From the IMG/VR virus record IMGVR_UViG_3300032324_000591, positions 1 to 29,844 of that record: a stretch of DNA of 29,844 nt, one strand, 5' to 3'. Positions 10,501-16,512 of this stretch are shown piece by piece; within the stretch, counting starts at the first letter, position 1; each line of letters opens with the position of its first letter. Origin of the DNA: a virus. Lineage: Duplodnaviria; Caudoviricetes. The notes beneath the pieces are model-generated. The model ran no database searches. It was not told where the DNA came from and was given only the letters and a program-made list of their open reading frames with translations. A program made the position numbers and the translations under genes.

Positions 10501-10845
10501 GAAGGCTTTGATGGAAAACGAATCGACACAGCAGCCAAACCTGGACCAAGACCAGCACGACAAGTGGCTGGCAAGCCGGTCGCGGGAACAAATAAGCAGG
10601 CTGGCCAGCCGGGCGGGCCAACTGGCCCGATCCAAGGAGCAGAGCGGGAAACTTTCATCCAAAGCCAAACTCCCCTTGAAGACATCTTCGCCGGATTAGA
10701 GAAGCGCGGCCTGGCCAAGACACGCGCCGAGGCTGCATTCACTGCACGCCCGGACGGCGCGCAAATAAAATATGTCCAGGAAAATTTCAACGACATCTTG
10801 ATCCAGCTTGAGGATGCGGACAAGGTTAAGATCAATTGCAAATAA
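4525..10845 (+). CDS. Giant polyvalent virion/ejection protein 1 (zincin peptidase, ART-like, SAM-lyase-like, HhH-GPD-like domains)
   Basis: 2106-aa ORF. Duplicated N-terminal EWW..YA motif. HELKH...EMTAD at ~7213-7470; HYS..RVYFY..GFDGY at ~7890-8250; LGGY..VAR..QDSMMV at ~8500-8800; WY..GPKIG..TMDMWFMR..LQALIWY at ~9480-10470. Confidence 0.85.
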   Translation: MAKEWWETYAPADESKDEWWSSYAVESEAAKPQGRRDVTPFKVDIQQPRAAPVRQAAAAPEVSTEYSPSGDDFGSAIMAAAAPAAPVRSKSVLDNLPPVDRTKEPGFMLRPEFVDQVRNSFASIPPEKRRQALIDAAAGTDATAQAAQRILFDVQKEDKFLQAEEGSRQGMIDIVRKAPRVKPELKLGNQPKPPVVFPDVTPTVLERADAYKTSESERIANRLRQDEATRTVVGAETSLEALADRADRESRDFSAEAFAKENPYRAALESGGRQIISGLANSIPTIVDFAARVIDATKTGVDTTGNLTMSFDTDTFNNQNVRAPTYQWADRMAITARSLMPEAGRQNMASAFSKGEFGSWLGLNLTAQAPQMATSFVAAILPAARPFLLPAMGAQSAGQSFGEGDSSLGALIKGGAEIVGERITLGVFDRTMSSLSKLPLSLQAPTIQSVGRALAATGKVVTAQGVVGALEETTTKILQNGVDRYLEDKDVGLLDQTADAAVLGAFMEGPLALVQGRAAFKGGASSFADALAGDVAGAQFDPAAFDAYARRALDVQSYDAALIRPYQAARVQEDQTALQTSTTATDAATAADNLSGSLNELLVPSTAITPLPLDPTLDMGQMAPSVGRAEPILDLGIPAPVSRTIEPALDLNAPAAEVPGINQTTEQQFGLDKLRINAPRPQSIQGTPVADLTDDQLQVITGDETVAPISRRSAAIELTARQGEQAPAPTPVAETRVMTPEELGAMPIRDRRALASQFDQTENEDGTITFTAKPGAAPSTQIVPTPGTEQTLGTAPVRDVGNQPVLDNETVRADAQRSLDRWAVDNGQAIPAKLNPAPDAETRAVGTIANLLGSQFGTRVIAFHDTSPGSVQGVAVGGTAFVNTANVVTNVGRVSLHELKHTIEQIAFTEKQAGLTDTSAQKFTAQIDSIFDDMTEEGKRAYVTNFLHAAELAALDSTPDIKESRIQELLQSPVLRSEMTADFMGNRATDKAFWADVAKADPGGFKGFVQKWVSVIDNLMSTLRGQPKLKTESAKVDQYVHDLGKAKMVAREALIAYRQGTLQQFESAPAASLRQGEINAPTIGTRGSENLPGPTAQDRPGFSEDGGGPTPTYGTARAGAISVVGRHYSTTPRQTLSGAYYGQGLKGAERTRLDSSTDPRLKNRVYFYVDQGAGIRPESGVGGYAHEAKLDNIYDPQTRLIKPQADANAFESAVINAGFDGYVAPFGNGQSAVVLLGQKHKAVPVRQIGQPRAAALSAEAAPTTLKKGLLTREASQVDTGNIPGSRMRMGTLEIPAGQVEAANTEMGRIGSEIRFAKRQAAPARVMFEVAPDPNNLDLKTRWDAVPFERKIEISQRVAAKIMPQVFRLAGVRAKMTTQLGGYLEDTSPSFAAIVPSSASAQQLMDVARVGGFGLAQDSMMVLDSKPFEGSSPTGLITITLPENMQGQEDVHSVYRAVRKVSPENISGHTTVGQEMVLAVPSDRMADLTSKIAGVLNARPENFSIGFAEGHMAFPTKEEYDYGSETGAVSAELFAKRTEASRIRQEASAAIEAELATDESAGGRKIDTGRYRSVADALSLSQAEYDATALPLMLGGTKGKTFRAPNVGGIPEIVQWLDQRRADSGLPKLDLNKPEDRTTLAKLLASEAVAAIRSAGNAVEWYDETVAKTLQIMAVKYPELDTDPNARNAFLLAVAISSQTMDVEANLKYASQQYEQFRNTGQFPETGTGKSAPAMAKNFALANDVLADMGPGLLRRFLQTEFTKRELETIGFPIGGESMDEKMLGSAIFGPKIGFGFYSNLSGNFEPITMDMWFMRTVGRLAGTLPAFDPVLFPKQVAKLRAALAETGPAERGVYAAQFDPAAVQAAMETDEGAVALARQVSSLHNRQFIKERAAFDSGTRIKTPLVGAAGAILKSADKPTDAPSSGGERQRLRDVTRQMVAMVEQQTGKRVPPAALQALIWYPEQELYKKLGAGLYVTSQDYAGAAKSLLTKEGFDGKRIDTAAKPGPRPARQVAGKPVAGTNKQAGQPGGPTGPIQGAERETFIQSQTPLEDIFAGLEKRGLAKTRAEAAFTARPDGAQIKYVQENFNDILIQLEDADKVKINCK
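7760..7933 (+). CDS. Putative nested +1-frame small protein (57 aa) upstream of the ART-like domain
   Basis: AAGGAG at 7748-7753, 6 nt before ATG. Encodes the helix-like VKTYQDQQRRIDQALAKMG, while the host frame here is a G/P/R-rich linker. Confidence 0.5.
   Translation: MHRPSEPGEVKTYQDQQRRIDQALAKMGAVRPQPTEPQEQAQSPLSEDTTQRLPVKR
9086..9220 (+). CDS. Putative nested +1-frame small protein (44 aa) after the SAM-lyase-like region
   Basis: GAGGAG at 9073-9078, 7 nt before ATG. Translation MVVKQGQYLPSFLQNGQKLVASAKKPAPQSKPNSQPTKAPVGAK. Confidence 0.4.
   Translation: MVVKQGQYLPSFLQNGQKLVASAKKPAPQSKPNSQPTKAPVGAK
10511..10699 (+). CDS. Putative nested +1-frame small protein (62 aa) after the glycosylase-like domain
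   Basis: GAAGG 5 nt before ATG. Encodes DQDQHDKWLASRSREQISRLASRAGQLARSK, while the host frame is a low-complexity G/P/Q linker. Confidence 0.5.
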   Translation: MENESTQQPNLDQDQHDKWLASRSREQISRLASRAGQLARSKEQSGKLSSKAKLPLKTSSPD

Positions 10846-10856
10846 GGACCCAAGCC

Positions 10857-11348
10857 ATGCTACCCAAAATGATCATCTCCGCCGATTGCAAAAAGATGCT
10901 GGACGAAGCAATCCATTCCGAGTTGTACGCATCCAACCTGTACAAGCACATTGCCAATCAGCTCCAGCGAATCGGGTACTTTGGTGCAACCAAATTCTTT
11001 CTCAAAGAAAGCGCGGACGAGCTGGAGCATTACCAGCGCCACGTTGAATTCCAGAACGACGTAGGTACGGTGGCCAAGGTGCCCATGATTGAGGCGATGA
11101 ATGACACCATCGAGACCCTCAGCGACGCCATCGAGACTGGGTACGAAACCGAAATGGAGTTGTACAACAGCTACAAGGAGTGGTACGGTCGGGCCTCTGA
11201 CGATCCAGTGGTTCAACAATACCTTTTGCAATTCCTTGAAATTCAGCGCACCAGTGTCGGCGAGTACGGCGACCTGCTGGCGCGCATTGACCTTGTCGAC
11301 CAAGACAAGGCTGGCATGCTCCTGATCGACCAAGAACTAGGCGGCTAA
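10857..11348 (+). CDS. ftn: Ferritin (non-heme, Ftn-like)
   Basis: SD AAGGA before ATG 10857. ELYASNLY...GATKFF...ADELEH...YETE...Q ferroxidase pattern and a GMLLIDQEL terminal helix. Confidence 0.9.
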   Translation: MLPKMIISADCKKMLDEAIHSELYASNLYKHIANQLQRIGYFGATKFFLKESADELEHYQRHVEFQNDVGTVAKVPMIEAMNDTIETLSDAIETGYETEMELYNSYKEWYGRASDDPVVQQYLLQFLEIQRTSVGEYGDLLARIDLVDQDKAGMLLIDQELGG

Positions 11349-11351
11349 GCC

Positions 11352-14300
11352 ATGGCGAAAGATTGCACGTACAGGTTCACCGACCGTGACGGCAAAGAGC
11401 GAGTCATCCAGGGCCAAGTCGCGTTCAAAGCCTATCTGGTTAACGGCGGCTTGGAACACTTGCTGCCTAGCGCGCCTGTGGCGTTTAGCGGCAAACAGGA
11501 AAACCTTAACGAGCGCTTTCGCCAGCAAATATTCTCTGACTTTGACGCAGCGGTGCGTGAGTACAAAGCGCTGCCCGACACCAAGAACGGCAAGCTGTTA
11601 GACACCGACCAGGTGCGTGAGCTATCACCGGAATACCGCGCTGACCGAAGCCTGGCACCTCAAGTGCATGAAGCTGCCAGCGCCTTTACCCAACGAGCGT
11701 TTGAAGAGCGCATGGCAAACGCGCCAGATGGGGCCTTGGTAATCTTTATGGCGGGCGGTGGTGGGGCGGGTAAGTCCAGCGCCGAGCACTTGCTCAGCGA
11801 CGCTATGGAGCGTGCCAATACGATTTTGGATGGCACGTTGTCAAGCTACGACAAGGCGTCTCGAAATGTGCAGCTTGCGCTTGACAACAACCAGACCGTT
11901 CGCATAGCCTATGTGTATCGCGAACCACTCGATGCTTTGGCCAGCGAAAAAGGTGGCGTGCTGGAGAGGGCCATGAAGCGTGGCCGACCAGTCACTTTAG
12001 AGGCTTTGGTTAAGGGGCACGTCGGGTCCAGCGAAACGGTTCGCAAATTGCAACAGGCTTTTGGCGACAACCCCAATTTTAAAATCCAGGTTATCGACAA
12101 TTCGCGCGGGGCCGGGAACGCGGTCATGTCCACTTTGGAGGACGTGCCCGCAGTCCAGCTCGAAGGTTTAATGGAGAAATTTAAAAATGCAACAGACCAA
12201 GCACTCGCCGAAGGACGGATCAGCGAAACGATCCACCGGGCAACCACGACCCCCTATGACACCCGCCAAGCAAATGGAGGCGCGGGCCAGCGCCCAAGCG
12301 TTCGACCGCGCGGTGAGCGCGAAGTTCAAGGGCGGGCTGAGCCTGGCCAAGCAGGATACCCCGTAAACCGGGCAGCTCAAAAAAACCCCGAAGCCAGCCG
12401 GGTTGAGGGCACCAGCGCCGAACGGTTCAAACGGACCGAGCAACTCCAGCAGGCCGTGGGCGATCTGCAAGAAGGCAAGATCACTCGCAACGAATACGAC
12501 CGCATGGTTGACGAGTTGCGCCCCGTCTATCCCTACGAAAAAGTTCCGGCGGTCACGACCGTTGCCGACGCCCGTTACGCCCTGGCCACGGGCAAAGGCC
12601 AGAGTCCGGAGAAGGCGGCCAAGTACGGCCTGCCGTCCATGACCCTGAATACCGGCGACTGGGCGCAGCTCCGCCTGGACATTCCGTCTTACCAATTGCA
12701 CGACGCCTGGGTAGTCAGTGTGCACACGCCCAAGTCCACAAACCGCGAGGTCCAGGCTGCCTACGACGCTGGCACCGTGGTGGGCTACGAGTCCGTGGCC
12801 GCGCTCACTGACGTGACCTTTGGCATGAACCAGCGATCCGCAAGCAAAATCGCTATGGGCACGTCCAAGGGCACGATCGCCACCATGCTGGGCAAGTGGG
12901 CGCCCATCAGCAAAGAAGACGCCAAGGCTCGCGCCGACGCCGCGCTGAACGACCCGGCCTGGACCCAGGTTGGCATGGACCCGTTCCGCCACAGCTACTT
13001 CTACGACCGCGACAGCATGCGCCCGGTCCTCAGCGCAGATGAGGTGATCCAGATCGGCCCCCTGGTCCTGGCCAAGAACGTGAAGTTTGGCCAAGACACC
13101 GACATCACCGGCGCGCCGATCATGTTCAGCGCCAAGCAAGACTTGCCGGTGGACACCAAGCTGGAGCGTTGGGCTAAAACCATCTTTGACAAACTCGGCA
13201 GCGTGGCCGAATCAAAAATCTTGGCCGAGCGTTTGCCACATCCGTCGCTTTCCATGGGGCCGGGGGTTCCGTTGGGCGACCGCCAGATGGTGGTGCTTGA
13301 TGGCCATGCCCTGGACCATGCAGCCAAACACGTTGAAGACGGCATCACTGCCCGCATGATTGGCCAGCTTCCTGCTGCGCTCAAGGACCCACGGATGGTG
13401 GCGTTCCAGGGACCGGGCCAGGCTTTGGTGATGTTGCCTTTGCGGGCTGCCAACGGCGCCCCAATCGTGGTGGCATTGAAGAAGGAGGAGGTCAAGGGCG
13501 GGGGCACTACGCTGAAAGTCACGCGCTTTGCGACCACGTACCCGTTGGAAAATTCCGCGTCTTACATCGTGCGCGAAATGAGAAAAGGCAACCGAATTTG
13601 GTTGCCTGAAGAAGAGGTTTCACGGCTCCGTGATTTACTGGGAAAGCTCAATGCTACCCAACCCCGAGGCACTGGCCCCGGCGTCACCCAAACACTAGCG
13701 CTTCCTCTTGCGAGGGGTGGCAACCAAGCCGTGAAGGACTTCAGTGTACTCTCTGACGCCGCTCTTGCCAAGAAGCAAACCAACGAAAAAGGCTGGGAGC
13801 GTGAAACCGAGACGGTTTCTGTGCCAAATGATGCAGAAAAACAACTGCAAGGCATAGCGTTTGCCAAGCGCCAGCCGGTCGGCAAAGAGACCGAGGGCTG
13901 GCTGCTCAGCCGTGATGAGCTGGGCCGCTTCCGTTTCGGTGCCGGTGCCAAGGCATACCGTTACGCAGCGGACGTGGCCAACGCGGTCCTGGACGTGGTC
14001 GGTATGAAACCGGTCAGCCCAGAGCTGTCCCGTGCAATGCGCAAGATGCGCATGGAAGTCGACAAAGCACAGAACCTGACAGTCGAAGTTGCCAAGACCA
14101 TGAAGGACTTGCCCGAGCAAGAGCGCCAGATGATCAGCGATGTGATTGAAGGCGAACTCAAGCGCGGTGCCACGCCACCCAAGCGAGTGCTGGAGATCGC
14201 CGCGTCTATGCAGGACATTATGTCCGAGCAGTCGGCAGAGCTGGTCCGCCTGGGCATGCTATCCAAGGACGCCGCTGGCCGCTGGGACGGCAAGTACCTG

Positions 14301-16286
14301 CCGCGTTTCTACGAACAGAAACTGGGCGACGAAACCAAAGCTTGGATGAAAGCAGTCAAGGGATTGCTGGGACGCAAACAAACCATGCAAGGTATCAAGG
14401 GCAGCAGCCTCAAGGCGCGCGGCATGTTTGAGACTGTACCGGTCGCTGACCTGGCAGACTGGGAAGCCGAGGGCTGGGCAGTGCGAGACGCTACCTACGA
14501 TCCAGCGGTCGATACCGAGATCACAGTGTGGCGCGACTACACCAGGACGGAGCGCGACGACATGGGCGAGATTCGCGATGCCATGTTCCGCTTTGTCATG
14601 GGATACAACAAAAGCCAGCGCGACATTGCACTGGGCCGCTTGTATGAAAACCTGGCCGCGACCTACGCAAACAAGACAGAACAGCCGGGCTATGTTCAGG
14701 TGCCCGCGACCAACGTCGAAGACACCTTTGCTAAGCGCTACGGAAAGCTAGGCGGCAAGTACGTGCCCAGTGAAATCTTGGACCAGTTGGTTGCGTTTGA
14801 TAGCGACATGCAAAACGACCTGACCAAGATTTACCTCAAGGGCTTGTCGATGTGGAAAGAGGGCAAGACCGTACTCAACCCAGTGGCCCACGCAAACAAC
14901 GTGCTGTCGAACATCACGATGGCCCACTTTGCTGGCGTGTCTTACTGGGACGCGCACAAGTACATCGGCTCTATCAAGGACCTGGTCAAGGGCGACGCGA
15001 TGGTAGAAGAAGCCAGGGAAGCCGGTCTGTTTGGCGGCACGTTTAACCGTGCTGAGCTAACCGAAGCCATGCCCGAAGAGCTGCGCGTCTTGGCCCAGAT
15101 GGCCGAGAGCAAAAGCAAGCGCGCTGTCGAGATGGTCTGGAACGGCCTGTCTTTGTGGCTGCGCAAACCACTGGGCAAAGCATACAACGCAGAAGACGAA
15201 TTCTTCCGTTACGTGGTTTACCGTGATGCGCGCAACAACGGCCTAAGCGTAGACGCCTCAGTTGACTACGCACTCAAGTACATGTTCTCATACGACGATA
15301 TGCCTAAGGGCGCGCGTGTGATTCGTGACATGCCGGTCGGCTTGCCGTTCTTTTCCTATACGTACAAGATCGTGCCAGCCCTGGTCAATACAGCCCTTGA
15401 ACACCCTGTCCGCTATGCTGCCCCTGCCGTTGCGATTTACGTGGCAAATGCGGCCATGTACGCCATTGCTGCAAGCCTTGGCGGCGGGGAAGACGAAGAC
15501 TGGTGGACCATCATCCGTCGATACATGACCGACTCCGAATTCCGCCAGAGAACCAAGGACCTGGAAGAACAAGAGCGCAAGAACCTGCCCGAATGGATGA
15601 GGGGCGCAAGTCTGTCACTGGGCACAGAGAAGTCAATCCGCCTAGGCACGGACGACCTGACCAATTTGCCCGTGTTCCTTGATGTCAGCCGTATCTTCCC
15701 CGGTGGCGATCTGTTCGACGCGCACAATAACGCTGGCGGCATTCCCTTGCTTGCGCCGATCACACCCAACAGCCCGGTGCTTACAGTCGCGTCGGCCATG
15801 CTTTTCAACAAGGACACATTCCGTGGCCAGGACGTTGTCAAGAAAACGGACACCGACGCCGAGGCTGCGCAAAAGCGCGCGGCTTGGATGTGGAAACAAA
15901 TGACACCGGCCATCGCCGTGGGCAACACGCACTTTGAGCGGGCCATGAATGTGATCGCAAATGTAACCGGCCAGTCAGTCAACGTGGGCCTGGCCGAGTA
16001 CACGGGTATTGGCAAGGACGGCCTGCCAATCACACCGGGCTACGCGGCCTTGCAAACTGTCGGCATCAAGGCCAGGCCAATCGACCTGGACACTTCAGAA
16101 AAGATTCAGAAGGCGCAAACGAAAGCCCTTATCCGGGAATTGGAAGCGCAGATCAAACAGTCTCAACGCTTGGAAAACAAAGGTGCCATCAGCCCCACAA
16201 CAGGTGAGGCAGAGCGCGAAAAGCTGCGCGAGAAAAAGCAGTTCATTCGTCAAGGTTTGACCGTCGAGGGCGAGGAGAAGGACTAA
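11352..16286 (+). CDS. Giant polyvalent virion/ejection protein 2 (zeta-type P-loop kinase, unknown domain, MuF-C/PBECR-like RNase, LPD38-like C-terminus)
   Basis: 1644-aa ORF. FMAGGGGAGKSS..ILDGTL..RGRPV..VIDNS; RLDIPSY..QVGMDPFRHSYFYD; KH..QLPAALKDPRMV..GAPIVVAL..ATTYP; C-terminal KTVLNP..EDEFFR..PFFSY..LPEWM..NKDTFRG helical region. Confidence 0.85.
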   Translation: MAKDCTYRFTDRDGKERVIQGQVAFKAYLVNGGLEHLLPSAPVAFSGKQENLNERFRQQIFSDFDAAVREYKALPDTKNGKLLDTDQVRELSPEYRADRSLAPQVHEAASAFTQRAFEERMANAPDGALVIFMAGGGGAGKSSAEHLLSDAMERANTILDGTLSSYDKASRNVQLALDNNQTVRIAYVYREPLDALASEKGGVLERAMKRGRPVTLEALVKGHVGSSETVRKLQQAFGDNPNFKIQVIDNSRGAGNAVMSTLEDVPAVQLEGLMEKFKNATDQALAEGRISETIHRATTTPYDTRQANGGAGQRPSVRPRGEREVQGRAEPGQAGYPVNRAAQKNPEASRVEGTSAERFKRTEQLQQAVGDLQEGKITRNEYDRMVDELRPVYPYEKVPAVTTVADARYALATGKGQSPEKAAKYGLPSMTLNTGDWAQLRLDIPSYQLHDAWVVSVHTPKSTNREVQAAYDAGTVVGYESVAALTDVTFGMNQRSASKIAMGTSKGTIATMLGKWAPISKEDAKARADAALNDPAWTQVGMDPFRHSYFYDRDSMRPVLSADEVIQIGPLVLAKNVKFGQDTDITGAPIMFSAKQDLPVDTKLERWAKTIFDKLGSVAESKILAERLPHPSLSMGPGVPLGDRQMVVLDGHALDHAAKHVEDGITARMIGQLPAALKDPRMVAFQGPGQALVMLPLRAANGAPIVVALKKEEVKGGGTTLKVTRFATTYPLENSASYIVREMRKGNRIWLPEEEVSRLRDLLGKLNATQPRGTGPGVTQTLALPLARGGNQAVKDFSVLSDAALAKKQTNEKGWERETETVSVPNDAEKQLQGIAFAKRQPVGKETEGWLLSRDELGRFRFGAGAKAYRYAADVANAVLDVVGMKPVSPELSRAMRKMRMEVDKAQNLTVEVAKTMKDLPEQERQMISDVIEGELKRGATPPKRVLEIAASMQDIMSEQSAELVRLGMLSKDAAGRWDGKYLPRFYEQKLGDETKAWMKAVKGLLGRKQTMQGIKGSSLKARGMFETVPVADLADWEAEGWAVRDATYDPAVDTEITVWRDYTRTERDDMGEIRDAMFRFVMGYNKSQRDIALGRLYENLAATYANKTEQPGYVQVPATNVEDTFAKRYGKLGGKYVPSEILDQLVAFDSDMQNDLTKIYLKGLSMWKEGKTVLNPVAHANNVLSNITMAHFAGVSYWDAHKYIGSIKDLVKGDAMVEEAREAGLFGGTFNRAELTEAMPEELRVLAQMAESKSKRAVEMVWNGLSLWLRKPLGKAYNAEDEFFRYVVYRDARNNGLSVDASVDYALKYMFSYDDMPKGARVIRDMPVGLPFFSYTYKIVPALVNTALEHPVRYAAPAVAIYVANAAMYAIAASLGGGEDEDWWTIIRRYMTDSEFRQRTKDLEEQERKNLPEWMRGASLSLGTEKSIRLGTDDLTNLPVFLDVSRIFPGGDLFDAHNNAGGIPLLAPITPNSPVLTVASAMLFNKDTFRGQDVVKKTDTDAEAAQKRAAWMWKQMTPAIAVGNTHFERAMNVIANVTGQSVNVGLAEYTGIGKDGLPITPGYAALQTVGIKARPIDLDTSEKIQKAQTKALIRELEAQIKQSQRLENKGAISPTTGEAEREKLREKKQFIRQGLTVEGEEKD
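12187..12366 (+). CDS. Putative nested +1-frame small protein (59 aa) after the zeta-type kinase; candidate antitoxin
   Basis: GGAG plus an A-rich 10-nt spacer before ATG. Translation MQQTKHSPKDGSAKRSTGQPRPPMTPAKQMEARASAQAFDRAVSAKFKGGLSLAKQDTP. Not in the ORF track. Confidence 0.5.
   Translation: MQQTKHSPKDGSAKRSTGQPRPPMTPAKQMEARASAQAFDRAVSAKFKGGLSLAKQDTP
13581..13607 (-). terminator. Intrinsic terminator of the antisense RNA
   Basis: Minus strand AGGCAACC-AAATTC-GGTTGCCT followed by TTTCT; the U-tract is short. Confidence 0.55.
13581..13736 (-). ncRNA. Putative structured antisense small RNA (~155 nt) nested behind the PBECR-like domain
   Basis: Bounded by a promoter and a terminator. 9-bp long-range stem TTCACGGCT/AGCCGTGAA, CCTC-GCAA-GAGG tetraloop hairpin, and two further hairpins. 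Confidence 0.6.
13743..13771 (-). promoter_or_regulatory. Internal antisense sigma70-type promoter
   Basis: Minus strand TTGGCA (13771-13766), 17-bp spacer, TACACT (13748-13743). Confidence 0.65.
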
Positions 16287-16512
16287 CCGGGGGCGGGCAG
16301 TTTTCCGGGATCGGCACAGCCACCCACACGGCTGCGTACTGGCCCCTATTGGGTCCCACCCAGCGGTCGATGTAGCAGTCGGCCATCTTCGGCAGCGCGC
16401 GCCTAACGCTGTCCTCACCCAGGCCAGTGCGATCCGCTAGGTCGGGCACGGTAAGTCCGTCCGGGTTACGCAACAGGACGGCGCGGATCGTGGGGTGTTG
16501 TGATGTGGTCAT
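16243..16512 (-). CDS. Small winged-HTH-like phage protein
   Basis: IRAVLLRNPDGLTVPDLADRTGLGEDSVRRALPKM HTH pattern; ATGA-coupled to the upstream gene. Confidence 0.7.
   Translation of the reverse strand: MTTSQHPTIRAVLLRNPDGLTVPDLADRTGLGEDSVRRALPKMADCYIDRWVGPNRGQYAAVWVAVPIPENCPPPVSPSPRPRRSNLDE

Noticed and set aside
10836-10856. Track start of ferritin at 10836, or a frameshift fusion to giant protein 1
   Set aside because: ATG 10857 has a proper SD, and no slippery sequence is evident.
12168-13139. 323-aa minus-strand ORF
   Set aside because: Antisense shadow of a GC3-rich coding region; no SD or recognisable motifs.
13651-13698. +1-frame ATG ORF after the PBECR-like domain
   Set aside because: Only 15 codons with a weak SD; the antisense RNA explains this linker better.
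13581-13736. Antisense RNA as a canonical tRNA
   Set aside because: Too long, with no TTC T-loop motif or CCA end evident.
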